The translations under genes and the position numbers were made by a program. The notes beneath the pieces were generated by a model. That model searched no databases and was not told the DNA's origin. It saw only the letters and a list, made by a program, of their open reading frames with translations. From NCBI GenBank assembly GCA_034439775.1, contig JAWXBA010000252.1, positions 1 to 38,880 of the forward strand: 38,880 nucleotides of DNA, read 5' to 3'. Shown here one piece after another: positions 18,379-27,991 of this stretch; within the stretch, counting starts at the first letter, position 1, and every line of letters begins with the position of its first letter. Source of the stretch: Gemmatimonadota bacterium (GTDB lineage Bacteria > Gemmatimonadota > Gemmatimonadetes > Gemmatimonadales > GWC2-71-9).

Positions 18379-20679
18379 CTACTGCTCCAATCCGGAAGGA
18401 GCGACCTGGCGCATCCGCCGGGGAATCGCATCCATGTAGATCTGTCGCAAACGGGGCGTCTCCCACCGGAGGTCCAGGGAGGGGGACGTGAGGTGGAGGG
18501 TGCCATCGACCGCGCCAACCACACCCGCCGGGAACCAGGGGACACCGTGCTCGGCTGCCAGCTGTGCCAGTTGTGCGGCCGCGCCGGGCAGGAACGATAC
18601 CAGCGCACGACCATGGTCCTCCCCGAACAGTAGTCCTTCGCCGCCAACCTGGTCGGCGTGGCCGGTCAGAGTCACTTTCGCACCGAGCGTCTGATCGGCA
18701 TACGGGCCGCCAATGCAGCACTCGGCCAGCGCCCCGGCGAGGCCTCCATCGCTGAGGTCGTGGGCGGAACGCAGCAGCCCGCCCTGCGCGGCCGCCACCA
18801 GGAACTGCTGCAATCGGAGTTCGGCGTCCAGGTCAACCGGCGGCGGCGCGCCGCAGAACGCATCCAGCACTTCGGCCCAGTAGCTGGAGCCGCCGAGGTG
18901 CCCGGTGCTGGTGCCCAGGATGGCGATCGCGTCTCCCGCGGCCTTGAAGTGACTGGAAACCTGATGGGAGAGATCGGCGAGGAGCCCCACCATGCCAACC
19001 GTCGGGGTCGGATCGATGGCGCCAGTGGGATTCTCGTTGTAGAACGAGACATTGCCGCCGGTGACGGGGGTGTCGAATGCGCGGCAGGCATCGGCGATGC
19101 CGCGGCACGCTTCACGGAACTGGAAAAACACCTCCGGCTTTTCCGGATTGCCAAAGTTCAGGCAGTCGGTGATTCCCAGGGGAAGGGCACCGGTGCAGGC
19201 AATGTTCCGGGCCGCTTCCGCCACGGTGGCCTTGCCCCCCTCGTAGGGGTCGAGCGCCACATACCGGCTGTTGCAGTCGATGGTCATGGCCACGCCAAAC
19301 GCGGTGCCGGGCACCGCCACCACGCCGCCATCCCCGCCAGGTCCCTGTGCGGTGGACGCACGTACCGTGCTGTCGTACTGCTCGAAAACCCACCGTTTAC
19401 TGGCCAGGCTCGGCGCATCGAGCAACTGCTCGAGGGCCGCCGTCAGGTCGGGAGCCTTGATGCTCGGAACGCGACTACGCCGAGCGATTGCCTCGGCACC
19501 CTCGACGGCCTCGGGATGGTAGATGGGGCAGGCATCGACGAGGTCGCCGCCCGGGATGGCCACCACGAGGAGTCCGTCGTGCACCACCCGGAACAGGCCA
19601 TCGTCCGTCACATGCCCCACCGGAGTGGCGGAGAGTTCCCACTTGGCGCAGATGGTCTGGATGGCGGCCACCCTGGCGGGTTCGGCCACCACGAGCATCC
19701 GTTCCTGGCTCTCGCTCAGGAGGATTTCGTAGGGCGTCATTCCCGGTTCACGCGTCGGCACCAGGGAGGTGTCAAGCAGGACCCCGACGCCACCCCGCGC
19801 GGCCATCTCGGCGCTGGAGCTGGTGAGGCCGGCGGCCCCCATGTCCTGGATCGCCACGATCTGGCCGCTGGTGATCAATTCCAGGCTGGCCTCGAGCAGC
19901 AGCTTCTCGGTGAATGGGTCCCCGACCTGCACCTGCGGCCGGCGCGCCTCGCTGGCGGCGGAGAGTTCCTCGGAGGCAAAGCTGGCCCCGTGGATGCCGT
20001 CCCGACCGGTGCGGGCACCGACCGTCAGCAGGATGTTGCCGACGCCATGCGCCCGGGCGGTGGCCAGGTCGGACTCGCGCAGCAGCCCCACGCACATGGC
20101 GTTGACCAGCGGATTGCCGCGGTACCCCGGCGAGAAATACACCTCGCCACCCAGGGTCGGCACCCCGACGCAGTTGCCATAGTCCCCGACGCCGCGGACA
20201 ATACCCCCGAAGAGGTAACGATTGCGGGGCTCCTCGAGCGGACCAAGTCGCAGCGAGTTGAGCACTGCCACCGGTCGGGCGCCCATGGTAAAGACATCGC
20301 GGAGGATCCCGCCGACCCCGGTCGCCGCGCCCTGGTACGGCTCCACTGCGGAGGGGTGGTTGTGCGACTCCACCTTGAACGCCACCGCCCAACCGTCGGG
20401 GAGCCGCAGGACTCCAGCGTTTTCCCCGGGGCCCTGGACCACCTGGTCGCCGGTGACGGGGAAGGTCTTGAGAATCGGCTTGGAGTGCTTGTAGGAGCAG
20501 TGCTCCGACCAGAGCGCCGAGAACACCCCGAGCTCGGTGAGGGTCGGCTCCCGACCCAGCATGGCCACGATCGCCTCGTACTCACGCTGGTTCAGGTTGT
20601 GCTCGCGCACCACCTCAGGGGTCACCGGGCGTTCACCCGGAAACGACTCGGCGCGGGGGGTGGTGCCGGACCCTGTCAC
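18379..20679 (-). CDS. purL: Phosphoribosylformylglycinamidine synthase subunit PurL (small-type FGAM synthase II)
   Basis: 766 aa. Motifs: [26 protein letters not shown]. The GTG start overlaps the stop of the upstream Zn-ribbon ORF (GTGA). Confidence 0.95.
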   Translation of the reverse strand: MTGSGTTPRAESFPGERPVTPEVVREHNLNQREYEAIVAMLGREPTLTELGVFSALWSEHCSYKHSKPILKTFPVTGDQVVQGPGENAGVLRLPDGWAVAFKVESHNHPSAVEPYQGAATGVGGILRDVFTMGARPVAVLNSLRLGPLEEPRNRYLFGGIVRGVGDYGNCVGVPTLGGEVYFSPGYRGNPLVNAMCVGLLRESDLATARAHGVGNILLTVGARTGRDGIHGASFASEELSAASEARRPQVQVGDPFTEKLLLEASLELITSGQIVAIQDMGAAGLTSSSAEMAARGGVGVLLDTSLVPTREPGMTPYEILLSESQERMLVVAEPARVAAIQTICAKWELSATPVGHVTDDGLFRVVHDGLLVVAIPGGDLVDACPIYHPEAVEGAEAIARRSRVPSIKAPDLTAALEQLLDAPSLASKRWVFEQYDSTVRASTAQGPGGDGGVVAVPGTAFGVAMTIDCNSRYVALDPYEGGKATVAEAARNIACTGALPLGITDCLNFGNPEKPEVFFQFREACRGIADACRAFDTPVTGGNVSFYNENPTGAIDPTPTVGMVGLLADLSHQVSSHFKAAGDAIAILGTSTGHLGGSSYWAEVLDAFCGAPPPVDLDAELRLQQFLVAAAQGGLLRSAHDLSDGGLAGALAECCIGGPYADQTLGAKVTLTGHADQVGGEGLLFGEDHGRALVSFLPGAAAQLAQLAAEHGVPWFPAGVVGAVDGTLHLTSPSLDLRWETPRLRQIYMDAIPRRMRQVAPSGLEQ

Positions 20680-21008
20680 TCGCCGGCCTTCTTCTTCTTG
20701 AAGGCAAGAAACGCGGCGGCGTCGTCAAACATCCGGGAAAGCATGTTGCCGTCCTTGAGGTTGCGGAGCTGCTCCAGCTCACCCGGGTCCAGCCAGATGC
20801 CGGCGCAGCTGGTGCAGCGGTCCACGGTGATCCCCTCGTAGTCAATCGCCTCGAGGTCATGGCCGCACTTGGGGCACTTCATGTGGTGACTGCGGCGCTC
20901 CGCCTCCCTGGCGGCCTGGGCCGCCGCCGCCCGCTGCTGGTCCAGCAATTCCTTTTCCTGGCGGGCAAAGTATTCGTCCTCGTTGCGGCTGGGCTTCTCG
21001 GTGCTCAT
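20676..21008 (-). CDS. Small zinc-ribbon protein (CxxC...CxxC), uncharacterised
   Basis: 110 aa, ATG start. The N-terminus is charged and coiled-coil-like ([30 protein letters not shown]). It is followed by CPKCGHDL...[20 protein letters not shown], which resembles TFIIB-type Zn-ribbon proteins. The C-terminus is a lysine tail, KKKKAGE. Its position inside the operon supports it as real. Confidence 0.75.
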   Translation of the reverse strand: MSTEKPSRNEDEYFARQEKELLDQQRAAAAQAAREAERRSHHMKCPKCGHDLEAIDYEGITVDRCTSCAGIWLDPGELEQLRNLKDGNMLSRMFDDAAAFLAFKKKKAGE

Positions 21009-21040
21009 CGGGGATCCTGGTCGGTCAAGGGTGATCGGAG

Positions 21041-21736
21041 TCAGGCGGGGGTCGGGGCCCAGGCCGCCAGGGATGCGAAGAATCCGGCGCCGTCGGGGCG
21101 CCCGAATCGGGGGTCGACGACGCGCTCAGGGTGGGGCATCATGCCGGCGACGTTGCCGGCGGCATTGATCACCCCGGCAATGTCGTCCAGGGAGCCGTTC
21201 GGATTGGCGGGTGCGTCCGGCATACCGCCGCGCACATACCGGAGGAGGATGCGACCTTCGGCGGCGAGTTGGGCGACCACCTCCGTGGAGGCCACATAGC
21301 GGCCATCCCCGTGGGCCACCGGCAACCGCAGTACCTGGCCCGCCTGATAGGCCGAGGTGAAGGGCGTTGCGGTCGTTTCCACCCGGACATCGACCGGCCG
21401 GCTCTGGAACGCCAGCCCGGCGTTGCGGATCAGCGCACCGGGAAGGAGCCCGCATTCACAGAGCACCTGGAAGCCGTTGCAGATCCCGAGCACCGGCCCT
21501 CCGGCGGCAGCATGATCGCGAACGGCGGCCATGACCGGGCTGAACCGGGCAATCGCCCCGGAGCGGAGGTAGTCGCCGTAGCTGAACCCGCCAGGCAGGA
21601 TCACGGCATCTGCCCCGCCCAGGGAGGCCTCGCGGTGCCAGACAAAGCGCGCCGCGGCACCGGCCCCCTCCGCCGCGCGCAGGGCATCCTCGTCGCAGTT
21701 GGATCCGGGAAAGCGGATCACGGCCACGTCGAGCAT
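21041..21736 (-). CDS. purQ: Phosphoribosylformylglycinamidine synthase, glutaminase subunit
   Basis: Frame of track ORF 21041..21796. Start at ATG 21736 (MLDVAVIRFPGSNCDED). Cys nucleophile motif GICNGFQ and His motif MMPHPER. Confidence 0.93.
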   Translation of the reverse strand: MLDVAVIRFPGSNCDEDALRAAEGAGAAARFVWHREASLGGADAVILPGGFSYGDYLRSGAIARFSPVMAAVRDHAAAGGPVLGICNGFQVLCECGLLPGALIRNAGLAFQSRPVDVRVETTATPFTSAYQAGQVLRLPVAHGDGRYVASTEVVAQLAAEGRILLRYVRGGMPDAPANPNGSLDDIAGVINAAGNVAGMMPHPERVVDPRFGRPDGAGFFASLAAWAPTPA

Positions 21737-21984
21737 CAGCCTGCCACCTCGAGGGTGTAATCCTCGGTGACTGGATTGGCGAGCAGGGTGTCGCACATCC
21801 GGGTGGCGGTGGCCAGGGCGTCCTCGCGGGACTCCGCCTCGAGATCCAAGGTGATCGCCTTGCCGACATGGACATTGCCGGCTCCGGCAAATCCCAGGGC
21901 CGTCAGGGCGTGCTCCACCGCCTGTCCCTGCGGGTCGAGCAGGCCAGTGCGGGGGAGGACGCGGACGTGAATGCGATAGCTCAT
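21736..21984 (-). CDS. purS: Phosphoribosylformylglycinamidine synthase subunit PurS
   Basis: This is the last 82 codons of track ORF 21736..22443: MSYRIHVRVLPRTGLLDPQGQAVEHALTALGF...DYTLEVAG. The ATG overlaps the pssA stop (ATGA). The stop overlaps the purQ ATG by 1 nt. Confidence 0.88.
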   Translation of the reverse strand: MSYRIHVRVLPRTGLLDPQGQAVEHALTALGFAGAGNVHVGKAITLDLEAESREDALATATRMCDTLLANPVTEDYTLEVAG

Positions 21985-22790
21985 GATCGGGGATTCTCCC
22001 GGCGACCCTGCAGGGCGGCCAGTTCGCTCTTGTCGAGCAGGCTCAGGATGATGGCGCGGGACACACCATAGAGGAGATAGGTGAGGCCGAGCGGGAAGAA
22101 CAGCGAGGCTGGTGCGATGATCGAACCCGCGACCAGGCCCAGCAGGAAGAGCAGCCCGAGCCAGCCCTGGACCGACCGGAAGCCGACCCGTGGAAACTTG
22201 GGATACCGGACGTTGCTCACCATCAGCGCGGCGACGATCAGCACCAGGAACACCAACCCCTGGTGCTGGAGGTCCAGGTAGGCGATCGACTCCCGGTAGC
22301 CGCGGGTCTGGCTGAACGGATACCATGTGGCAAGGATCACCCCGGCGGCCGGAGAGGGCATTCCCGTGAAGGACGCGGAAGGGGCTTCCTCCTGCCCGGA
22401 ATGCTCCTGCACGTTGTAGCGTGCCAGTCGCAGCGCCGCGCACACCACATAGAGATAGCAGACCACCCAGCCGAACCGTCCGGCGCTGGAGAACTCGATG
22501 AAATACATCAGCAGCGCCGGCGCCACGCCAAACGAGATGACGTCCACCAGCGAATCGAGTTCCGCCCCGAAGCGGGTGCCGGAATTAGACATCCGGGCCA
22601 CCCGGCCGTCGAGCATGTCGAGGACCGAGGCCAGCACGATGAACCAGCCGGCCCAGGCGTAGTTGCCGTTGAAGGCCGAGACGATCGACCAGAACCCGAA
22701 GAAGAGGTTGGCCAGGGTGAACGCGCTTGGCACCACGATGACCACCCGGCGCATCTTGCGACCGGGTTTGGGGAAGGGATTCAGACCCAT
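21981..22790 (-). CDS. pssA: CDP-diacylglycerol--serine O-phosphatidyltransferase
   Basis: 269 aa, polytopic. CDP-alcohol phosphatidyltransferase motif DMLDGRVARMSNSGTRFGAELDSLVDVISF. ATG 22790 overlaps psd by 10 nt. An alternative ATG lies at 22754 (MRRVVIVV...). Confidence 0.9.
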   Translation of the reverse strand: MGLNPFPKPGRKMRRVVIVVPSAFTLANLFFGFWSIVSAFNGNYAWAGWFIVLASVLDMLDGRVARMSNSGTRFGAELDSLVDVISFGVAPALLMYFIEFSSAGRFGWVVCYLYVVCAALRLARYNVQEHSGQEEAPSASFTGMPSPAAGVILATWYPFSQTRGYRESIAYLDLQHQGLVFLVLIVAALMVSNVRYPKFPRVGFRSVQGWLGLLFLLGLVAGSIIAPASLFFPLGLTYLLYGVSRAIILSLLDKSELAALQGRRENPRS

Positions 22791-23413
22791 TCGGCGATCA
22801 CCGTCTGGCCGGCGCTGGTGGTCTGGCCCACCCGGACGCGCGGTTCGGCACCGGCGGGCAGGAAGACGTCCACTCGGGAGCCGAACCGAATCAGGCCCAT
22901 CCGGGCACCCTGTTCCACCACCGCCCCCTCGCCGTGATCGGTAATGATGCGACGTGCCACCAGCCCGGCAATCTGTCGCACCAGCATAGGCCCCCGCTCG
23001 GTCTGGAGGCCCACGCTGGACTGTTCGTTCTCGAGGCTTGCCTTCTCGGTGGCAGCGTTCCAGAACTGCCCGGGATGGTATTCGCGCCAGGCCACGGTGC
23101 CGCTGGCCGGATACCGGTTCACATGGACGTTGAAGACGTTCATGAAGATCGAGATGCGGGTGGCCTGGCCGCCCAGGAAGGTCGGCTCGTCAATCTGGAT
23201 CACCGACACGACCTTGCCGTCGGCCGGGGCGATGACGAGCCCGGCCCCGCGAGGCCCGGGGCGCAGGGGATCACGAAAGAAGGCAATGACCCAGATTGCC
23301 ACCGGGGTCCAGACCAGGACCGCGGGCCACCACGACGCCCAGGCCAGGGTCCCGGCCATCAGCCAGGCGATGACGATGAAGGGGAGCCCTTCACGGGCCA
23401 CTGGCATTCTCAT
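22781..23413 (-). CDS. psd: Phosphatidylserine decarboxylase proenzyme (short form)
   Basis: 210 aa with N-terminal TM helices. A C-terminal self-cleavage-type motif is present (IRFGSRVDVFLP). The ATG overlaps the purC stop (ATGA). Confidence 0.88.
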   Translation of the reverse strand: MRMPVAREGLPFIVIAWLMAGTLAWASWWPAVLVWTPVAIWVIAFFRDPLRPGPRGAGLVIAPADGKVVSVIQIDEPTFLGGQATRISIFMNVFNVHVNRYPASGTVAWREYHPGQFWNAATEKASLENEQSSVGLQTERGPMLVRQIAGLVARRIITDHGEGAVVEQGARMGLIRFGSRVDVFLPAGAEPRVRVGQTTSAGQTVIAEWV

Positions 23414-24324
23414 GGGGAAAGCTCCGTCCCGGTAAGCCGGTGAAAGGCCTCGCGATATCGCACGGTCGTGGCACTGATGACCTCTGCCGGCAGCGGCGGG
23501 GGCGGAGCCTCACCATTCCACTGGCCACAGTCGCGCAGGCCGGCCAGGAAGTCGCGCAGCGGCTGCTTGTCAAAGCTGGGCTGGGTCCGTCCGGTCTGGT
23601 ACCCTGCCCCCGGCCAGAATCGCGAGGAGTCCGGGGTCAACACTTCATCGATCAGCAGGAGGGTGCCATCCGGCGCCACCCCGAACTCGAACTTGGTGTC
23701 GGCCACGAGGATGCCACGGGCGGCGGCGTGCGCCTGCCCGGCCTCATAGATCGCCAGGCTACGGGTCCGGAGTTCTTCCGTCCGTGCCGCACCGAGCGCC
23801 GCTGCCATGATGTCAATGGTCACGTTCTCGTCGTGCCCGTGCTCGGCCTTGGTGGCTGGTGAAAAGATCGGCTCCGCGAACCGGGAGGACTGCTGAAGCC
23901 CCGCCGGGAGCGACTCACCCGCCAGGGTTCCGGACTGATGGTACTCACCCCAGGCGCTGCCAGCCAGATACCCGCGGACCACGCATTCGAATGCGACTGG
24001 CTCGGTCCGCCGCACCAGCATCGACCGACCGGCCAACTCGGCGGCCACCGGGGCCAGCACGGGCAGTTCGGCCAAGATCGCCGCGTCGTCGGCGGTCAGG
24101 AAGTGGCTCGGCCCCAGCGGCGCCAGCGTCTGGAACCAGAAGGCGCTCAGCTGGGTCAGCACCCGGCCCTTGTCGGGGACGGTCTCGTTCATCACCACGT
24201 CGAACGCGCTGACCCGGTCGCTGGCCACAAGGAGCAGGCGCTCGCGGTCGACCTCGAAGACGTCGCGCACCTTGCCCCGGCGCCAGAGGGGGAGCGGGAC
24301 CAGGCCGGCGAGAGGAGCGCTCAT
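23410..24324 (-). CDS. purC: Phosphoribosylaminoimidazole-succinocarboxamide (SAICAR) synthase
   Basis: 304 aa. Motifs: RRGKVRDVF, VASDRVSAFDVV, LVADTKFEFG. Confidence 0.95.
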   Translation of the reverse strand: MSAPLAGLVPLPLWRRGKVRDVFEVDRERLLLVASDRVSAFDVVMNETVPDKGRVLTQLSAFWFQTLAPLGPSHFLTADDAAILAELPVLAPVAAELAGRSMLVRRTEPVAFECVVRGYLAGSAWGEYHQSGTLAGESLPAGLQQSSRFAEPIFSPATKAEHGHDENVTIDIMAAALGAARTEELRTRSLAIYEAGQAHAAARGILVADTKFEFGVAPDGTLLLIDEVLTPDSSRFWPGAGYQTGRTQPSFDKQPLRDFLAGLRDCGQWNGEAPPPPLPAEVISATTVRYREAFHRLTGTELSP

Positions 24325-25760
24325 ACCCGGAGTTCTCCCGCAGGCACCGCGCGCATCTCGGCGCGGGCCCGTGCCAGGAGCGGGGCAAGGAACTCGGTCA
24401 GGAATTCGCCGACCTGTTCCGGGGCGCGGCCCACGTAGCGGGAGGGGGCCAACTCGGCCCGGAGGGTTTCGACTGGGACGTTCCCGAACTCGGGCGCGGC
24501 CGCGAGCCGGTCGAGGAGGTCGTTCGGTTCACCACGGCTGACCTGCTCCGCCACGACCAGGCTGTGACGGCGGATCACCTCATGAAGCACCTGACGGTCG
24601 CCCCCTGCTGACGTGCCCAGCATCATCCACCGCTCGGTGGCCATGAACGGCATCTGATCCGCCACGTGGCGCTCGATCACCGCGTGGCGCACCTCAATGC
24701 CGCCGGCGATGTTGGCCGCGAGCAACAGGGTGGCATCGGTGGTCAGGAACGCCTCGGGAAGGGTGAGGCGCCGGTTGGCGCTGTCATCGAGCGTGCGCTC
24801 CAGCCACTGATTGGCCGCGGTGTGCGCCGCATTGGCCTGGAGCGAGATGACGAAGCGGCTCAGCGCCCCGATCCGCTCGGCGCGCATCGGATTCCGCTTG
24901 TAGGCCATGGCGCTCGAACCAATCTGCTCGGATTCGAACGGCTCCAGCAGCTCGCCCTCATGTTGCAGCAGTCGCAGGTCCACCGCCATCTTGGCCGCCG
25001 ACTGCGCCACACCGCTCAAGACGTCCAGGACGGCGCTGTCCGTCTTGCGGGGGTAGGTCTGCCCGGTCACGGCAAAGGCCTGCTCGAACCCCATCCGGGC
25101 GGCAACCCGGCACTCCAGCTCCCGAACCTTGTCGTGATCGCCATCGAACAATTGCAGGAACGACGCCTGGGTGCCCGTCGTCCCCTGGCAGCCACGAAAC
25201 CGGAGCGTCTCGATCCGGTGCAGCAGCTCCTCGGTGTCGAGCGCAAAATCCTGGATCCACAAGGTGGCGCGCTTCCCGACGGTGGTCAGCTGGGCGGGTT
25301 GGAAATGAGTGTAGGCCAGGCAGGGTACGTCACGGTGGGTCTGGGCAAAGGCGGCCAGCGCCTCCATGACCCCGACCACGCGGCCAAGGACGAGCCGGAG
25401 CCCGTCGCGGATTACGATCAGGTCGGCGTTGTCGGTCACATAGGCACTGGTGGCACCCAGGTGGAGGTGCGCCCGAGCGGCGGGTGCCTGTTCACCGAAG
25501 GCATGGACATGCGCCATCACGTCGTGGCGGAACCGGCGTTCAAAGTCGGCAGCGGCGGCGAGGTCGGCATCGTCCAGGTGCGCTCGCATGGCGGCCAGCG
25601 CCTCGGGCGGGATGCCCAGGCCGAGTTCCTGCTCCGATTCGGCCAGCGCCAGCCAGAGCCGGCGCCAGAGTCCGATCCGGTGCGGTTCGCTCCACAACTC
25701 CTGCATCTCTGCCGAGGCATAGCGGCCTCCGAGCGGTGACTGCCAGCGGGGCGCGGTCAC
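24321..25760 (-). CDS. purB: Adenylosuccinate lyase
   Basis: 479 aa. Fumarate-lyase signature GSSAMAYKRNPMRAE. The GTG start overlaps the htrA stop (GTGA). Confidence 0.95.
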   Translation of the reverse strand: MTAPRWQSPLGGRYASAEMQELWSEPHRIGLWRRLWLALAESEQELGLGIPPEALAAMRAHLDDADLAAAADFERRFRHDVMAHVHAFGEQAPAARAHLHLGATSAYVTDNADLIVIRDGLRLVLGRVVGVMEALAAFAQTHRDVPCLAYTHFQPAQLTTVGKRATLWIQDFALDTEELLHRIETLRFRGCQGTTGTQASFLQLFDGDHDKVRELECRVAARMGFEQAFAVTGQTYPRKTDSAVLDVLSGVAQSAAKMAVDLRLLQHEGELLEPFESEQIGSSAMAYKRNPMRAERIGALSRFVISLQANAAHTAANQWLERTLDDSANRRLTLPEAFLTTDATLLLAANIAGGIEVRHAVIERHVADQMPFMATERWMMLGTSAGGDRQVLHEVIRRHSLVVAEQVSRGEPNDLLDRLAAAPEFGNVPVETLRAELAPSRYVGRAPEQVGEFLTEFLAPLLARARAEMRAVPAGELRV

Positions 25761-27172
25761 TGGAAGCTCAAATCCACAAAGGTCACCTGGCCACCTCGTT
25801 CAAAGACCAGCCGAAAGTTCTGGCGGGGGCGGACCGCCCCGAGCAATTGTGATACCTGCGCCGCGGAAGACACCGCGGTCCGATTGATCGCCACGATCAC
25901 GTCTCCGTCCCGCAGCCCGGTGGTGCGGGCAATATCTGGCTGCACCCGGAAGACCAGCGCGCCCTGCTCGGTCGCAATACGACGCTCCGACCGGATGGCC
26001 GCGGTTACCGTGATCAACTGGATCCCCCGAAGCACCGAAACCTTCTCTGCGGTGACGGTGGGCAGGTCCGCCGTGACGATGCGGCGGGCCACCACCGCGC
26101 GGCTGCCCTCCCGGACCCGGACCTCAACGGCGTCACCCACTCGGAGGTCGAGCTTGACCGCCTCCCAGTCGAGGAAGTTCCGCAGCGGACGGCCGTTGGC
26201 CTCCACCAACACCGACTGGGCCCGGATACCGGCCCGGGCGGCAGGTCCCCCGGCCACCACATCGGTCACCAGCACGCCACCGGTGCGCTTCCAATCGCGC
26301 ATCGCACTGGCACCCTCCACGGTCAGGCCGGTCCAGGGGCGCCGGATTTCACCGCGCCGCACGATCTCGTCGGCCACCCGGAGCGCCCGTTCGATCGGGA
26401 TGGCAAAGCCGAGCCCGATCGAGCCGCCCTGGTTGCTGAAGATCGACGAGTTGACACCGATCACCTCGCCGAGTGAGTTGACCAGCGGCCCGCCTGAGTT
26501 GCCGGGGTTGATGGCGGCATCGGTCTGGATCATGTCCAGGTACATCCCGGGCTGGTCGGGGCTCGGCAGGATATTGCGGCCGGTGGCGCTGATCACGCCG
26601 GCGGTGACCGTCGGTTGCGCATCGCCCAACAGGAAGGTGAACGGATTACCGAGTGCGATCGCCCACTCGCCAATCATCAGGTCGGTGGAACGACCGATGG
26701 TGACGACCGGGAGATCCCTCCGGGCCACCCGCAGGACTGCGATATCGGTCGTCGGGTCTTCGCCCAGCAGGGTGGCTGGCATCTCGGTGCCGTCGGCCAG
26801 CGAGATCTTGATCGAATCTGCGCCAGCCACGACGTGCTGGTTGGTGATGATGATCCCGTCCTGCCGCAGCACGAAGCCGGTACCGAACGATCGGGTCGCT
26901 TCTTCCTCTTCGCCGGGGAACATGAAGAAGTCGAAGAACGCGCGCCCGCGCGGTATCAACCGCCGGGCCTGGACCTGGATGGAGACCACAGCGGGGCTGA
27001 CCCGGCTGGTGGCCGTGACGAGTGCCGTTTGCCGGCTGGCATCGAGGGTAGGCCGCGGTGCGGTGCGCTGGGGTTGCTGCGCCCCAAGCGAGGCGACCAG
27101 CCCGTTGCCGAGCTGTCCGGTACACGCCACCACGACCGCAACGATGCAGCGATGGGCCCAAGTGCAGTTCAC
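25757..27172 (-). CDS. HtrA/DegP-family periplasmic serine protease (trypsin-like domain + two PDZ domains)
   Basis: 471 aa. N-terminal signal-like segment, catalytic Ser motif GNSGGPLVN, a His region (ITNQHVV), and two PDZ-like segments. The GTG start overlaps the truA stop. Confidence 0.9.
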   Translation of the reverse strand: MNCTWAHRCIVAVVVACTGQLGNGLVASLGAQQPQRTAPRPTLDASRQTALVTATSRVSPAVVSIQVQARRLIPRGRAFFDFFMFPGEEEEATRSFGTGFVLRQDGIIITNQHVVAGADSIKISLADGTEMPATLLGEDPTTDIAVLRVARRDLPVVTIGRSTDLMIGEWAIALGNPFTFLLGDAQPTVTAGVISATGRNILPSPDQPGMYLDMIQTDAAINPGNSGGPLVNSLGEVIGVNSSIFSNQGGSIGLGFAIPIERALRVADEIVRRGEIRRPWTGLTVEGASAMRDWKRTGGVLVTDVVAGGPAARAGIRAQSVLVEANGRPLRNFLDWEAVKLDLRVGDAVEVRVREGSRAVVARRIVTADLPTVTAEKVSVLRGIQLITVTAAIRSERRIATEQGALVFRVQPDIARTTGLRDGDVIVAINRTAVSSAAQVSQLLGAVRPRQNFRLVFERGGQVTFVDLSFQ

Positions 27173-27954
27173 GACATCACCTGGCTTGGTACCGCCAGCA
27201 ACTCCGAGGGGTAATCGGCCACGACGAAATAGAGCCCCTCGGCCGGTGCCGGCGGGCTGGTGCGGACCGAGGGGTCGTGCTGCAGGAGCCGGCCGAGGTC
27301 CGCTCCCGGGCGGCGGCCGAGGCCGATATCGACCATGGTGCCCACGAGCATCCGCACCATATGATGGAGGAATCGGTCGGCGGTGATATGGAAGTGGGCG
27401 CCGGTCCCGTCGGCGCGAACTTCCCAGGTCGCCGCGCGCACGACGCAGCGATAGTGCGGCCGGGGCGAATTGCGCACTGAGAGGCGGTGGAAGTCATGCT
27501 CTCCGACCAGCCGCGCGGCGGTCTCGGCCATCGTCGTCAAATCCACCGACCGCGCCAGCGCCCATTCCCAGCGTCGCCGGAAGGGGGAGTGACTCTCCGG
27601 GTCGGTACCGAGTTCATAGCGATAAGTGCGCGCGGAGGCGCTCCGTCGGGCGTGAAGATTCGGGCTGACTTCCTGAGCCTGGACCACCCGGCAGTCCTCG
27701 GGGAGAAGGGCATTGACGGCCCGGAGCAGGGAGGGGGCGTCCCAGCGCGCCGGGAGTAGGCAGGTGACGCCGAGTCCTTCGGCATGGACCCCCGCGTCGG
27801 TTCGACCTGCTCCATGGGCCACCACCTGACGATCGGCGAGCCGACTCAGCACCCGCTCAAGTTCACCCTGGACCGTCCGGCCCGCAGCCTGCCGCTGCCA
27901 GCCGGCGAACTGGCCGCCGTCGAATTCCAACTGGAGCAGGAAGTTCCGGTCCAT
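27169..27954 (-). CDS. truA: tRNA pseudouridine(38-40) synthase
   Basis: 261 aa. Catalytic Asp motif GAGRTDAGVHA. The N-terminus (L.LEFDGGQFAGWQRQ) is typical of TruA. Confidence 0.93.
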   Translation of the reverse strand: MDRNFLLQLEFDGGQFAGWQRQAAGRTVQGELERVLSRLADRQVVAHGAGRTDAGVHAEGLGVTCLLPARWDAPSLLRAVNALLPEDCRVVQAQEVSPNLHARRSASARTYRYELGTDPESHSPFRRRWEWALARSVDLTTMAETAARLVGEHDFHRLSVRNSPRPHYRCVVRAATWEVRADGTGAHFHITADRFLHHMVRMLVGTMVDIGLGRRPGADLGRLLQHDPSVRTSPPAPAEGLYFVVADYPSELLAVPSQVMS

Positions 27955-27962
27955 CAGGGCGG

Positions 27963-27991
27963 AATCTAGCCGCCCGCGGGGCGGGCGGCAA
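27963..27991 (-). promoter_or_regulatory. Candidate promoter of truA (-35 TTGCCG, 17-nt spacer, -10 TAGATT), 8 nt from the ATG
   Basis: Minus strand reads TTGCCG-cccgccccgcgggcggc-TAGATT-ccgccctg-ATG. No SD is visible. The spacer itself is a GC hairpin. Confidence 0.3.
27969..27989 (-). terminator. GC-rich hairpin between lexA and truA; possible lexA terminator or attenuator
   Basis: GCCGCCCGC (27969-27977) pairs with GCGGGCGGC (27981-27989) around a 3-nt loop. There is no clear U-tract on the minus strand, only TAGATTCC. Confidence 0.3.

Noticed and set aside
18658-20841. 727-aa plus-strand ORF antisense to purL. Similar long antisense ORFs are 17011-18633, 14852-15769, 24666-25739, 25884-27386 and 35249-36436.
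   Set aside because: Each lies fully opposite a gene with unmistakable conserved motifs. Their translations are Arg/Gly/Pro/Ala-rich with no recognisable domain. Long stop-free antisense frames are expected in GC-rich DNA.
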